Assembly: GCA_050575255.1 (NCBI GenBank)
Contig: JBNZDD010013610.1
Coordinates: forward strand, 2,154,366 to 2,218,365
DNA length: 64,000 nt
Direction: 5' to 3'
From: Harriotta raleighana
Lineage: Eukaryota
Below the pieces are notes generated by a model. It had not been told where the DNA came from, searched no databases, and worked only from the letters and a program-made list of their open reading frames with translations. A program made the position numbers and the translations under genes. The first letter of the stretch is position 1; each line of letters opens with the position of its first letter. Below are positions 1 to 13,030 of the stretch, one piece after another.

Positions 1-400
1 TATTGTCTAGCAGTAGAGGAATAGGCTATGAGTAACGACCAGATAAGTTCGGGCTCTCCAGCCTCGGCAAGAGACCTCTCTGAAGGGAACCTCGTAGAGC
101 TATAAGATGGTTGATAGGGTAGAGAGAGTAATTGTAGATCAATACTTTCAGATGCTCTCAAGATAGCAGGACAAAAGATCACAGGATCAGTGTTAGGAAG
201 GCAAGTTTAGAACAGAAAGTAGGATTTATTTATTTACTTACAGAGCAAGTAGCAAACACAGATGGTTAGGGTTATCAGGAATTGTGGTTGAGGCCATTTT
301 TAGCTCTTAAATAATCACTTGAGGCTGCCAAGGATAAGCAAGACAATTTGGTATTCTGGAAGTATGTGGTTGGTCGATGACTGAAATGGTTCTCTCTTAT
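1..400 (+). mobile_element. Decayed CR1-clade LINE 3' fragment
   Basis: Degenerate translation RGIGYE*RPDKFGLSSLGKR..GNLVE..RVERV followed by RTKDHRI..KFRTE resembles the CR1 ORF2 C-terminus (GLSYEERL..LGLFSLEKRRLRGDLIE..RTRGH); has stops and frameshifts. Confidence 0.7.
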
Positions 401-664
401 GATATAGAAAATTATAAGCAGAAAATATATTCTCATAGTGATGTTGCACATGATTGAAACATCACATGGAAAATGATATGCAGTACAAGATCAGATAGCG
501 ATACATTGCTGGCCATGTTTCATAACCTTCAATAAAGTGGTTCCATAACATTAGAAGCACAATTAGCCAGAATGCTTCAACCAAATCCGGTAATCTTGCC
601 TGTGGCAAGGGTAATTTGGGTCAACTAATAAAATGTTCTTAAAATGATCAATAATGTGATAATC

Positions 665-725
665 ACAACAACAAAAACAAATTACACTTGTATAGCGCCT
701 TTCACATCAGGAAGATGTCCCAAGG
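665..725 (-). mobile_element. L2-type LINE 3' tail
   Basis: Reverse complement of CCTTGGGACATCTTCCTGATGTGAAAGGCGCTATACAAGTGTAATTT(GTT)n, the same tail as the L2 fragment at 18545-19241. Confidence 0.7.
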
Positions 726-2051
726 TCATTGATTAAGAATTCTATGCTTCCTAAATTTGGAGAGGCAACTCATCAATTGTTGTTAATTTGCTGTTAGATT
801 TATCCTTTATTGTTCTCTTTTAAATAAAGACTTTCTGTTTCCTCTTTCCTTTTCAATTGTTTTCTTTCTCCTTCTTTGAATTTCCCTGCATTGTATTTGA
901 TTAGATAATATATTTTAGCACTCTGCTACCAATTACAGGACATTTAACTTTATAAACATTTTAATGGCTGTGTTTCTCTGTTGAGTGTACTGTTTTATTG
1001 AGCAAGAACAATGTTCTTACTCATCTTGTTGCTGAACTGAAGACTAGGGGCATAATACTTCAATTGACTTAAAGTTGATGGTTCCTCAATATAGAATACA
1101 GACCGAATAATTAGAATTAAAACACAATTTTAAGGCAAATCTTTGATTGAAAAATCAACTATTTTCATTTGGACTTCATCAACCTTGTATATATTCTAAG
1201 ACTAATTATTCAAGGTATCTCATATATACAGGTTTATACAGGAATTGATAATCAACTGTTATAGCCAATGAAGAAGTCTTCAGATAACGTTTGCTCCGGG
1301 AGCACTGCTCACCTCATCTCAAACTCAAATGAAATAATCACTGCTTTACACTTTTCTACACAGTGTAAATATTCTATAGGACAACAACAAAAAACAGGTG
1401 CATTATAAGCAAGAATAAATATAAAGCACCAGTACTAAATAGAGATTTGTACGAGGATGAGCATCCTGAGTTTTACATTAAGTTCTGCCTTGGTGTTGGC
1501 ACAGTTTGAGATGGTTGAAGCCAAATTATGATTCAGACTTCTGTTTCTTAACTTCTCCAGCTCAACAACGCTGAAATTGAATCAGCCGGAAACCCCAAGG
1601 CATTTGATTTCAAAGCAAAAAATTCCAGTCTCACTGCAATAAGCGTCAATGTATCTATGTGTGCTGAATTACAATGCACTCGAAGGAACCAGACAAGTTA
1701 ATTTTTTAAGTGCTTCACAGGATACACTAGAAAGTGAATCGACTATTTTTTTTCTGGGCGAAACACGGCAGCCAATTTACAAAAGAAGATTCATTAGAGA
1801 TAGTTTATTATAGTTAATAATAGTTGGCAACATTTTTAACTTTGATCACCAAAGTATGATTAAAATCATATCTGAAAAATATGCCTAACTCAATTAACTT
1901 TTTCCTGTCGCATCTGCACTAATTCATTTTGTTGTCAACCTTCCACACCTTTTATATTTTTAAGAGAATTTCATACTGTCTTTGAAAGGAAACAAATATT
2001 TGTTGTTGATGGTGCAACATTTTCTAAAGCTGTAATAATTCTATCCTACAG

Positions 2052-2219
2052 TTGACTCATTATGAAGAGATAGTGGCCAAACTTCAGTCAGAGTTGAACA
2101 CTTTACAGGATCAAACACGAAAGGGAACCCGGGAGCTGGCGTCAGCAGATCAAACCATCCGTGAGCTCAGGCTAGAGTTGACAACGTCCCAGGGCACACA
2201 GAAAGAGACCATGGAGCAG
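2052..2219 (+). CDS. PMFBP1: PMFBP1-like coiled-coil protein, internal exon (168 nt, phase 0-0)
   Basis: Acceptor cctacag|TTG, donor CAG|gtattt; LTHYEEIVAKLQSELNTLQDQ...KETMEQ is heptad-rich; in frame with downstream exons. Confidence 0.8.
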
Positions 2220-2396
2220 GTATTTTACAGTACAGACAGTATAATACTTCCATTATAATAACTAGAAATGGAGGCATTTTCCCCTTTCATCCAAATGGAA
2301 GCGGACATCACGCAGTTCTACACCTCACTCTTCAACTTCAGGACCACAGCTATTCTGATCAATAAGATTTGGTTACGAAGAATTTTGGCGCTCAGC

Positions 2397-2610
2397 CTAA
2401 ATAATAATAATAATAATTCTTCCAAAAATACCAATAATACTTTGTTTGCTCAATCCAAGACTGTTTGTGGGACACTGATGTGCTCAATTAGCTGCCATGT
2501 TTCACCCACAAATACGCAGGCAATTCACTTTACAGTATATCCTGTGAAGCGCTTTGAGACATCTAGAAGACATGAAAAGCGCTATATCAAATGCAAGGAT
2601 CATTATGACA
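2397..2610 (+). mobile_element. tRNA-derived SINE, 3' part
   Basis: Matches the body and tail of full copies at 11069 and 29756 (TGTTTGTGGGACACTG...TGTGAAGCGCTTTGAGAC...ATCAAATGCAAGGAT). Confidence 0.8.
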
Positions 2611-2619
2611 ATACAGAAG

Positions 2620-3070
2620 TTGTCCGGCTTGGCTCTTGTCAGCGTCTTCTCACCTCGTCATCAATCTTGACAGATGCAAACTCCACCTCATGGAGCCAAT
2701 GCAGAACCTCAGTGTGTTGTTCGACTATCAACTGTCCTTAAAGCCCACATCAGTCCTCCTACCTGTTCAGTTTCAGCATCCCCGCACAACATTATGTGCC
2801 TCCCCACTACATCTTCCCTCAAGCTGCTGAAACTCTAATCCATGCTTTCATCGGGTCCAGGTTAGAGTACAGCATCTCTCTGCTTGCCAGATTTACTCCA
2901 CAAGCTGTAGACCACTCAGAACTCTGCAGCTTGTGTCTTCTTACGCACCAGTGTGTTCACGCAAGCCTGCTACACCCATCCTCACATGTCTCATGTGGCC
3001 CTTGATTGTCCTGCACCTTTGACATCTTCCCGACCTGAAAGATGCTATATAAATGCAATTGTTGTTGTTT
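2620..3070 (+). mobile_element. 5'-truncated L2 LINE fragment
   Basis: AAETLIHAFIGSRLEYSISLLA resembles the L2 ORF2 C-terminal motif (ETLIHAFITSRLDYCNSLL); ends in GCTATATAAATGCAAT(TGT)n. Confidence 0.8.
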
Positions 3071-3109
3071 AAAGCATACTTGAAAGGCTGACTTTGACTT
3101 ATTTTGCAG

Positions 3110-3277
3110 CTAGGTGAGAAGAGTAGGGAGTTAACAAATTTAAGGAACGACATTGGCCGTGCTCAGCAGAGAAATACTCAGCTGGCTGAAGAAAATGCAG
3201 CCAATGAGGAAAGGGTGAGAAGGCTACATGAAGACCTGAAGAAGATGCAAGGGCTAAATTGTCAAACAGAAGAGGAG
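3110..3277 (+). CDS. PMFBP1: PMFBP1-like internal exon (168 nt, phase 0-0)
   Basis: Acceptor ttttgcag|CTA, donor GAG|gtagga; LGEKSRELTNLRNDIGRAQQRNTQLAEENAANEERVRRLHEDLKKMQGLNCQTEEE coiled coil. Confidence 0.82.
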
Positions 3278-3508
3278 GTAGGAAAATGATTTGAGATGAA
3301 AAACAACAATACCCTTTTAGTGCACAGAAGCAGTTTCTTAATGAAATTAACAAAGCCCTCATTTAGTTGAAGGAAATATTGGTATTGATCTATACATTCA
3401 TTAATAAATTGTGATTTATGTAAGATGAGCGGGGGAATGTTCAAAAGATCTTTCAGATACATAAATTTCTGATGAATTTGTCCAAAGTGGAATTGCTTTG
3501 AAAGCATT

Positions 3509-3650
3509 CAGTAGGATCCTGTTATAAGGCCCCTCATTATAACCCAGGGTTAACTTAGATGTTGAGATGTGAACCAATGATCATACCCACTGCAGTGTTG
3601 GTTGAGATTTTATGTATCCCCAATGATAACATTATAAAGGGTCTCCACTG
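3509..3650. mobile_element. Possible old Tigger-like MITE
   Basis: Imperfect inverted ends CAGTAGGATCCTGTTATAA / TTATAAAGGGTCTCCACTG; no clean TA duplication. Confidence 0.35.
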
Positions 3651-3935
3651 TGTTTGCTTTAATAAACTAAGGAAACTTTAATTATTAGCAATTATGTTAA
3701 ACCAAAATATCCCTTTAAGTTTTTCAGTAGGTTTGAGAAGAATTGGTTAAAAAGAAAACTGGCTGTTCAGCTCTTCAAACAAAGCTGACAGATTATTACG
3801 ACTTTCTCCATCATATAATGGAGTGCAATACTATTGTCTTTGTTCAAGTCAACATTTAAAACTCTATTTATCTAATTGCTAAATCTTCCCTCAAGTTCAT
3901 ATAATAGCTTTGCCGCTGTGGCAGTTCAGTCAATA

Positions 3936-4634
3936 CAGTAAAACCTTGTTTATCCATGACTCGACGGAAAACCCGTTCAATCGCTATCTTAAAAAAAAGT
4001 CCCGATTCAATGAACCAGAAGTTATCCAGCAGAACAGTAAAGACGCATTTAATGAATGGATTCCCACACGCGAGTACTGCTGCAGTTATATCGGTGGCCA
4101 CTAGTTGAGCCTAAAGTCGTGCTACTGACGTTTTTTTCAAAACTCGCGATAATACCATTTGTTAAAAAAACATGCAGTTTTCCCGATTTTTTTTTCCTCC
4201 TTTGGTGGCCATTGTAGAAGTTAAGTATAAATTCTAAAGTACTAATACAATATTCTGTTAGTATAGTATCTGTTATTAGTATATTTAGTCTATTACTTAT
4301 AAAGTATTGTTCAACATTTACATGTGTGTGTGTGTGTATGTATGTGTGTGTGTACTCTCACTCTCTCTCTGCAAGTCCAGGGTATTCAATCAATTCAAAA
4401 TACCTCGCAAGAAGGCTTCACAGTAATCGACCGTGCCTTCCCCTCGCTGAGGGTTAGCAACATGCGGACGGCAGCTCCCTGTGTTTGCACAGGGTGGGAG
4501 CTGGTAATCTGTTATTACTGTGTTAAAATAATTTTTAATTTAAAAAAAAAAAAAAAATCGATTTTTTTTTTCCACATTTAACCAGAAAACAACTGGCCAG
4601 GTCCCATAGGTGCTGGAAAAACGAGGTTTTACTA
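3936..4634. mobile_element. Non-autonomous Tc1/mariner (Tigger/pogo-like) element
   Basis: TA|CAGTAAAACCTTGTTTATCCA ... TGGAAAAACGAGGTTTTACTA|TA: imperfect TIRs with TA on both sides; interior is CpG-richer than the flanks. Confidence 0.75.
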
Positions 4635-4636
4635 TA

Positions 4637-4702
4637 CAACAACAACAACAAAATTACACTTATAGAGCGCGTTTCACGTCAGGAGGACGTCCCAAGGCGC
4701 TG
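4637..4702 (-). mobile_element. L2-type LINE 3' tail
   Basis: (CAA)n AAATTACACTTATAGAGCGCGTTTCACGTCAGGAGGACGTCCCAAGGCGCTG. Confidence 0.75.
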
Positions 4703-5665
4703 GAAAGTAGTCTGATGGACTATAATAATAATAAAAATAATCTTTGCCTTTGATATTGTACTTTTCACGTGTTCTCGACGTCTCAACTATATAAAGTAAC
4801 CCCACTTTAATCCATCTTTTTATAGAGTACATCCAACAAGGATCTGTAACAATAAGACCCAGTTCATTAACCCAATCATCTATGTAATAACAATTGCACA
4901 CCAATATTTCTATAAAACTGAGCAAATGTAACCAGTGAGTCCTCTGAGATATTAGCAGATGAAAAACATGAAGAAATAATTAATTTTTTAGAACCCTATA
5001 AATTTTTCTAAGGTCATCCTCAAAACTGATTAAACGTATGACTGTGATGAAATTATTCTTTATACACCAAGTGACACAGAGATCGCTTAAGGATTAACCC
5101 GGATATGGCAGCAATACAACAGCAGCCTGTATTAATGTAATCTCACCTCCACATACTCACACTTAATCAGCAGAAGCTTAATTAAAAAACCCTTTGCAAA
5201 TCAAACTTATATTAGTTTCTGCATTAAGCCATCTCCCATTGATTTTCATGTGCATTTTAGATATAAAGGTCATCTGCTGACTCTTCATCTTAGTAAAGAA
5301 ATGTTTTAGGCTTTGGTTCTTCAGAGTACTTTTTTTTAATAGTATTTTACAGATTGTGTTTTTTTTTAGGACCTTATCAGTTGAGCTGAATGCGATAGAG
5401 TTTTTTTAATTAACTATTAATATGTTGCTACCAATATCAGCCCCGTATTATGCAGCTATTCTGGAGATTTCCTCTATCAATTCTTTATTTTCTGTACATC
5501 ACTGTCAGGAATTGACATTGGACAATTAGCCGTGCCACTTTTGGTCGTTGTACCTGTATCAGTTCTAAACGCAGGTCAGGTATCTACTCAAGATTGTGGG
5601 CCATTCCTGAAAAGAAGGTTAAGAATAACATGATGCCACAATGCATTAGTTTGCTAGATGGTCTA

Positions 5666-5948
5666 TAATAATAATAATCCATGCATTTGATATAGCGCTT
5701 TTCATATCTTAAAGCGTTTTATGAAAAATTCTGAAAAATGAATTGACTGTATATTTATGGGTGAAACGCGGCAGCCAATTTTGCACAGCAGTGTCCCACA
5801 AACAGTCATTGAAATGACCAATTTATTATTGGTTGTGTTTTTGAGGGATTATTATTAGGCATGTGGGTAAGAAAAATTGCCCAAGGTTTCACGTTGCCTG
5901 GAATTTAAACCCAGTTCTCTTTATTATAAGATGAATGAGCTACACATC
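5666..5948 (-). mobile_element. tRNA-derived SINE, near full length
   Basis: Reverse complement of the family at 11069, with (TAA)n tail and degenerate tRNA head. Confidence 0.8.
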
Positions 5949-6386
5949 TCCACAGATCAGTTTGTAGTAGCACGTATAGTAATATGATTTCTTAGTGCTT
6001 AACCATAAATCTAACAGGGAGTCATCAAATAGAGAATTTTTTTGGGGTTAGGGTCGGGGGGTGGGAATTGATTATTGGAAAGCCTAATGGTTTGGTGCTA
6101 TTCCTTGCGCAAGTCAACATAGAAGCATGGAGAATTTCACCTCTTTATCTATTAGCATTTGTTCCTTACATGAATGTCATGTTTCTGAGATTTTGTGTTG
6201 AGCTAGTAGAAAAGTTTATCTTTTGTTAGTTTTTGACCTGCCCCTCCTCCAACCAATACCCCTCTTTCGTCTTCCCAGTGACTTGGACCAAATTGCTCTG
6301 TGGTTGCCATTGGTCCTTTACTTGGTAGAACACGGTAGATAGTTACTTAGATTTCCTAGTAAAGTTTGTGGGGAATTATGTTTCAG

Positions 6387-6554
6387 GCTCACATGTATGA
6401 AGACCGAATAATGGAACTCAACAATCATCTCATGATATCACAAAGAAAGACTCACGACACCATACGGGAGCTGACATTTAAGGAAGAAGAAATGATGGTA
6501 ATGAAAGTGGAATTAGCTTCACTTCGGGAAAAATACCGCTCCAAAGTTGAAGAG
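6387..6554 (+). CDS. PMFBP1: PMFBP1-like internal exon (168 nt, phase 0-0)
   Basis: Acceptor tgtttcag|GCT, donor GAG|gtaacc; AHMYEDRIMELNNHLMISQRKTHDTIRELTFKEEEMMVMKVELASLREKYRSKVEE. Confidence 0.82.
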
Positions 6555-6725
6555 GTAACCCTCATTTCCAGATCATTTCATAAATTTCAGGTTTGACAAT
6601 TCTAAGGTCCTGTTTCCAAAAATATATCTGTGAATTGAAATTAATTCATTAACTAATCTGTGCTAAATTACCCGACTTCAGTCAAGATAGCAATAACACC
6701 ACTGCAGTTAGGAACATATTAGAGG

Positions 6726-6880
6726 ACAACAACAACAACAAAATTACATTTGTATAGCGTCTTTCACATCAGGAGGACATCCCAAGGCGCTGGACAGTCA
6801 CTGTTTCAGACCTGAGCTGGGGACAGGGAGGGTGGAGGGAAAGTGGGGGATTTGGAGTGACCGATGGGACCGTCGAAGAG
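6726..6880 (-). mobile_element. L2 LINE 3' UTR and tail
   Basis: (CAA)n tail plus GGACAGTCACTGTTTCAGACC, homologous to 19120-19241 reversed. Confidence 0.75.
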
Positions 6881-8643
6881 GACAACCCACTTCTGTGAAC
6901 TACTATTGTTCAGGAATGGCAGAGATTAAAAAGTGGAATTTACTTAAGACAACATTGCAATCAGACTTAAATAGCTTTCAACTAGAAAATGCCTCCAAAT
7001 AAAATAAGTAAAGATATTCAGATAATGCAGTTTATGTACTCGCTTCAAGTGATCAATTATCATTGCAGGACAAAGGAATCCATGGTTTTATAAGTGGTAT
7101 GAAGTTAGATGTTTCCACTGAATTAAGTTTTAAGACATAATCAACACTTTAGGTTTAAATTTAATATGTAGGAATGTTTTTATCCAAATCAATCTGTTGT
7201 GCCTTTCAACCACAGAATTGATCACGCGCGAAAAAAAGATAAGTGAGAGTGTAGTCGGATGCATATACCCATGTTTTCCCATGGGTATAGAAAACTGTAG
7301 GCTTAAATTGCAGTGCATCTGACATAGACTATTTTACAGAGGATGAAAATATTTGTTCATTTGGTATGTATTCTTTGCTGCCGACCGCATAGATAAACAG
7401 TCTTAAATCAATCATTTTCTCTACAGTAACTGCTTTCTAAATTAATTGAAAAAGGGTTCACCTGGATTAAGCAATTCACAGATCAGCTCTCGGCTCTAAA
7501 GCCACCTTCCTTAAACAACCATTTTGATTTGTTCCTAAAGGCTATTACCTAATATGGATTTCACTATAAGAAATATAGGTTACAGCTCAATCTAATTTCA
7601 GTGCATGAACATTTCTATTAAAACAAGACACCACATTCCTTTACTAGCTGTCTTTTCTATGACACTCCCAGAGAGATGTGCATCAGATAGACAAAAAGTG
7701 AATTCAAAATGTTGTCAGCCATGACAGCTGTTATATAGCATGCCATCCACAGTGGCTAAAATTGCCATATTCATTACACCACCTCATGTCCACACAGCCA
7801 GGCTTTAAATTGATGTTGAAAAGTGTGTTAGTCATTGCTTCAACTATGTATTACAATTTGTGTCACCAGAGAGTGATTTTTTTTTCACCTTATTTCTATC
7901 ACATTCTCTGTTAGTGCCTGTTCATGATATTGGAATGTTTAGCTGCGTAATTAACTGTAATGGAAAATTTAGGCTGAAGTGTCTCCATTTCAGAAAGGGT
8001 CTTCTGTTAATAAATAACTGCGGAAATGTTGTTTGACTTCGTTTGAAGAGGGCGCATATATTTTGAAGCAAACAGAACAAACCAGATAGATTTTTCATTT
8101 AATGTGCATGTTAATGGCAGCGGTGAATCCAAGAAGGAGAATAGAAGAGCTAATGTTCAGCTAGTGAAGCCCAGATCTGTCTCCTTCTGGTTTATGAAGG
8201 TTTTCAGTGTTTGTACCACATTCCAAAATGATGTAAGAGATTGGCATTGTACATCACCAGCCACTTTATACTAATCCCAAATTTTGAAAAACAGCACAAG
8301 TCATAGCCTGGTTTGGTTGCAAGTTAGGTTTGGGTGGCAAAGTTGCTGCATTGGTCTCACACTTATTTCTGGTTCAGAAGAGTGTGAGTTCAAGTACTGC
8401 AATTGGGATAAATATTAATAAATATTGGGGATTTGCAAACTGAAATTGACCACTCACTGCCTTTGCAAATCAATCAGAAAAATAGTCAATAGAAAATAGA
8501 GTCCAATATTAATAACTGAAAAATTGTTGCTAGATTAATTGATGCTTTTGTTTCTGGGCCTCTAGCCACACCCCTACAAACCATTGCACCTATATGGCAG
8601 ACCATATATCTGAGGCTATTGATTTCCAATACACAAATGAGTA

Positions 8644-9026
8644 CAGTAAAATTCCTTTAATATGACACCTGTTAATCCGGAATGCTTTATAATCTGGTAT
8701 CTGCGACAGTCCATACTTTTCCAATATGCGCATCTCTTCCCAGAGACCTTTCACACTACTCAGTGCATTTTCCTCAGGGGCCTGTCACTGATGTCACATT
8801 TAATAATTTTTTTTAAAATTAACTTTCGGCGGGTACAATGCCTCTTTAGGCACACTGCTTGCTCCGGGGAGAGCCTCTGGTTTTCGCTAAACAGGTGTGT
8901 AACGCAGATAAGAGCACAGCACACTCAAATCCTCCCATCTCTAAGAGTAACGTCCAATAATACGACATATTTACTAATCCGGCACCGGCTAGGTCCCAAA
9001 CATGCCGGATTATCGGAATTTTACTG
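8644..9026. mobile_element. Tigger-like MITE
   Basis: TA|CAGTAAAATTCC ... GGAATTTTACTG|TA: perfect 12-bp TIR, TA duplication, internal TAATCCGG subterminal repeats. Confidence 0.8.
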
Positions 9027-10279
9027 TATTTTGGAAACTGGGCGTCAGAACTATGTCAGACTGATCTTACATGCTTCTTTCTCACCAGTATGTGACAGGA
9101 CAGCCCATTACAAGGCTTGAACAAAATACTTCCTGCCCTTGATAACATGATTCTTTCCAACTGGGAGTCGATGTTTAAATCGAGTTTGTACATTTCACAG
9201 GTCAATGTTTAGAAATTGGGCTCGTACCATGATGTTTCATTTTCATTTGACCAAATTAAATTTCCAGGAGACATACTTTTACAAATATTATATTAAAATT
9301 TCTGAGATCCAATATCAGTTTGGCAACTTCACTTGAATGATGTGTTTTGATAGTTCATAGGTCAATGCCATCTCTCCCTCCAAAAAAAAACAAGTTATGT
9401 TGTTTAGTACTATACAAGAATCTGCTGATGTCGGTTCCACAAAATGGCCTCAAGCTGAAAAGCATGAAAATAGAGATGAGAACAATCTGGTGTTTGCTGA
9501 ATGCTGCTTTCCTTATTCTATTTATCAAAATGAAGATTTCTTGCCATGTAAATTGTACAATTTGTTTCCACTGATGAAGCAAATGGTGCTACATTGGTAA
9601 CAATTAATCTCTTTTTTAAAATCAAACCAAATGTAGAAATCATAACATTAATATTGTGAAATGGAGTACAAATGACTAAATATATTTACATTTTATAATA
9701 TGTATACAAACTCAGCATGTTAACTGAGAAATCTCCACAGCACAGGCACTGGAATGTATTCAAATTCATGTTCTTTAACTTGCATTCTTTTAAAAGATGT
9801 CTTAAACTATTATTCTCAATGGTAGAATGATTAAATTAACGATTCTACTAGCTTGATCTGTGCAGCAGGTTTAATTGGTTTCATCTTATCACATTGTATT
9901 CTGTTTATATACAATTATCCTGAAATTAAAGAAAGAAAAATAAGCATTCATTAAAATTGGATTCTCACAAACTGTACCATCATATAATGGACACAAAGAA
10001 CACCACAAAAAATCCAAATTGATTCAGAAATGACTTCATGTTTTTCTTGATTTTAAAAAACACAGTTAGAACAGCTTGGTTGTTTTAAACAGTGGTGTAA
10101 GCTGAATTTAAACCAAAGCTCTCTGGAGGTCACAAAGCTCTATGCCTAGAAGACATATATGAGGAGTTGCACAACGTGAAAATAAGCATGAGTGAAAGAT
10201 TTGATTAAGAATAAATATCCAAGAGTGTCATGTTGTCCTGTGTTCATTTTTCTTCTCCTTTTCTGGTTCTGCTTGACAG

Positions 10280-10342
10280 GGAGATACCTTACACAACGAG
10301 CTCAACCTACTGAAGCAGAAATACCTGGAGGCTTGTAATGAG
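10280..10342 (+). CDS. PMFBP1: PMFBP1-like internal exon (63 nt, phase 0-0)
   Basis: Long pyrimidine tract, gacag|GGA, donor GAG|gtgggt; GDTLHNELNLLKQKYLEACNE. Confidence 0.75.
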
Positions 10343-11068
10343 GTGGGTATAAGCTGAATTCATAGCATCTCTAATAGGATTTGGCAGGAGCCAAAGTGAG
10401 GTATTTACTTTTCTGTGTAAAATGGAGACAAAAATCTTTCAGTGTGTCATATTGAAAATAAAAAAAATTAACACAAAGCTTCCTTGTGAGAGGAAGAACA
10501 ATTCAAGGCTGTGTGTGATGGGTGTGGGGGGCAGGGGGAGTGAAATTCACCCTACAAAATATGCGTTTTACCCATGGCAGTTTGAGGGGAAATAATATAT
10601 ATATTCTGAATAAATCTTACTGAAAAACAGAAAAGGATTGGGAGCACAGAAATCCCTGGTAAATTTAAAAGGGTGTTTAGTTGAACAAATTATTATAATC
10701 CGAAAAGCTGTTTCATATGCAAACAGCACTTGACCTTGACTTTTATTCATCAGATATCTAGAATTCCATCCATAATAGCATCAGTATGACCAAACGGCCC
10801 TTGATCATTGTATGCATTACATTAAAGCAGTCATTTCCAAACAGTAAAACAACATTGATGCGGATACTAAAGCTAACAGGGTAGGGGTGGGGTTGGGGAC
10901 ATTAACTAGGCCGATGGAAATTTCCAACCTACCTGAAGCTTTGGCCGTAGCTCTGAATTCAGAAACTCCTCTTATAACATAACATGAGTAACATCTGTTC
11001 ATCACTCCCACCTTCACTATCTCTAGGAGTTTTCCCTCTCACTTACCCTCACTCTATTTACATAGAGT

Positions 11069-11385
11069 GAAGTCCTGTAGCTCAGTGGTTAGAGGAATCG
11101 CCTTACAAGCGAGAGATCTGTATTCAAATCCAGGCAGGTCAGGGCGAAACCTTGGGAAAGTTTCCTTACCCCACACACCTGATAATAATCCCAAAAACAA
11201 AAACAATAATAAAATTGGTCATTTCAATCCACAACTGTTTGTGGGACACTGCTGTGCGCAATTGGCTATGAGTTTCGCCCATAAATATACAGTCAATTAA
11301 CTTTACAGTATATTCTGTGAAGCACTTTGAGATGTCTAGAAGATGTGAAAAGCACTATATCAAATGCAAGGATTATTATTATTAT
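11069..11385 (+). mobile_element. Full-length tRNA-derived SINE with LINE-like tail
   Basis: A box TAGCTCAGTGG, B-box-like TTCAAATCC, body TGTTTGTGGGACACTGCTGTGCGCAATTGGCT, tail ...AAATGCAAGG(ATT)n; more than ten related copies in the window. Confidence 0.88.
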
Positions 11386-11578
11386 AAGATCCTAACCAGG
11401 CAGACTGAAATCACAAGCTAAAATAACAGACTACAGCCAGAGTCCCACACCTTAACATTCCACACCACAGTAGGGTTTATGTAGCCTCATTGCACCATCC
11501 CTTCAAGTTCGTTGTTTTTCTTCAGGGCTACATTTTTTCTGGTTCAGTTTTCTAATTCACATCTTTGGATCGTTCTAG

Positions 11579-11688
11579 CTTGAAACATTCCGAAACTCTC
11601 TGGAAGGAGCTCGGTCAGACAGTTCAAGACTGCATCGAGAAAGTGAACTGGTCATAGCAAACGTTAATCAATGGGTAAAGGAACAGAA
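11579..11688 (+). CDS. PMFBP1: PMFBP1-like exon (110 nt, phase 0-2)
   Basis: Acceptor gttctag|CTT, donor AA|gtaagt; LETFRNSLEGARSDSSRLHRESELVIANVNQWVKEQK; WVKEQK matches WAKQQK of human PMFBP1 as recalled. Confidence 0.85.
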
Positions 11689-12654
11689 GTAAGTGTACTG
11701 GAAACATGTTGGATTTGGAATCGTTTATACAATATAAACCACTACGTTTTAAGCATGCAACTGGTTAGAAGTCTTGAATGCTCACTCTTACAAGTAATCA
11801 ACATGGTAACTGAGCAGTATTGTTCAACATCAATGTGCAATATCAATACGACAATCTTACCTGTTCAGTTCCAGTTGAACCTTATGTGATTGTGTGATGG
11901 ATTATCACTGCCAGCCAGCGAGGATTGCTTTTGCGGTGATTTGTATCTGCTCTGATAATTCTATCAGGAAAAGCGTATCAAAATTTGTCCCCTAGCCTGC
12001 AAAAAATCTATGAAATAATAGTTTTTTTTGTAAAATACTGTCTTTCAGTCATCTGATAAATAATAATAATAAACCCTGTACAGTATTTGATACACAATCA
12101 ATTTTAACTGTTAAACATTCTTAACTGATAAACAATCTTAAATGTAAAATAAATGTCTTATTATGCAATACAACTGTTTGAAGCACTTTTGAAACATCCT
12201 CCCAATTTGACATAAGCTACATAGATGGAATTGTTGCTGTTCTTAAAGATTTTTAAAATGGTCTGAGAATGGTTGTAAGATCAAATGATACCAGTACAAA
12301 TCTCTATGGTCTCCTGGGTTCTGGCCTCATCCTCACTCTCTGAGTGTGTTCTGTGTTTATTATATATATTAAATATACTTTAGTTCAATACCAGGATTTC
12401 AATCTTCATAAATATGATTTAATGTAAAGGTCACCACATTTCTTAAACAGTTCCAGACTATGCCTGTCATCAGCAGAAAAGAACTATTGCTTGTTCATGC
12501 TGTTAGCATGAGCGTCGTGGCATATTAAAATTTACATTAAATAAAACTTTTAATGATTGATATTGTTTTTCTAGTAACTGGTTGTTTTTATAAATATTGT
12601 TTCATCCAAACAAACATAATTCCATTGTATGTCTCCTTACACAGAAAATTTGAC

Positions 12655-12900
12655 ATTTTCAGGATAGAAGGAGGTCATTCAGTCCATTATGTCTGTGCCA
12701 CTACAGCTTGTTTCTCCAAGTAATCCTGTTTGTTAGTCCCACTCCAGCTCCTTTTCCATATGACCTAATGATTTGTTGCTAAAGTGCTTATCCAGTTCCC
12801 TTTTGAATGACTCTTAATCCAAACTCCTTCGCTCCTTTTGATAATTAATTCCATGCTCAACAACCCTTTCCTGATTTATTTTCACCTCTCCCCTCATAAT
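12655..12900 (-). mobile_element. CR1 LINE 3' end, decayed
   Basis: Reverse complement reads GGCACAGACATAATGGACTGAATGACCTCCTTCTAT, a typical CR1 terminal hairpin/tail. Confidence 0.6.
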
Positions 12901-13030
12901 GTTCCAAAGGTGTGTGGCTGCTTTTTTCTCCAGGTACTAAGGTATCACAAAGGTATTCCACCAAAACAGTGGCCTTTATTCACCTGTTGGTTGTAATTGT
13001 TGGAAAGTGAATATTGAGTTTCTTTTTCAG

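Noticed and set aside
1561-1700. Good acceptor cttctccag followed by an open frame LNNAEIESAGNPK
   Set aside because: No convincing donor and no heptad pattern; cannot be supported without RNA data.
2268-2741. 157-aa ORF and similar ORFs at 8662, 36296, 52093 and 52685
   Set aside because: Chance frames through SINE, MITE or intronic DNA; 52093-52473 overlaps the true DHX38 exon in the wrong frame.
9397-9600. ORF STIQESADVGSTKWPQAEKHENRDENN as an extra PMFBP1 exon
   Set aside because: The nearby AG would need phase 2 while the flanking exons are phase 0, and the peptide is not coiled-coil-like.
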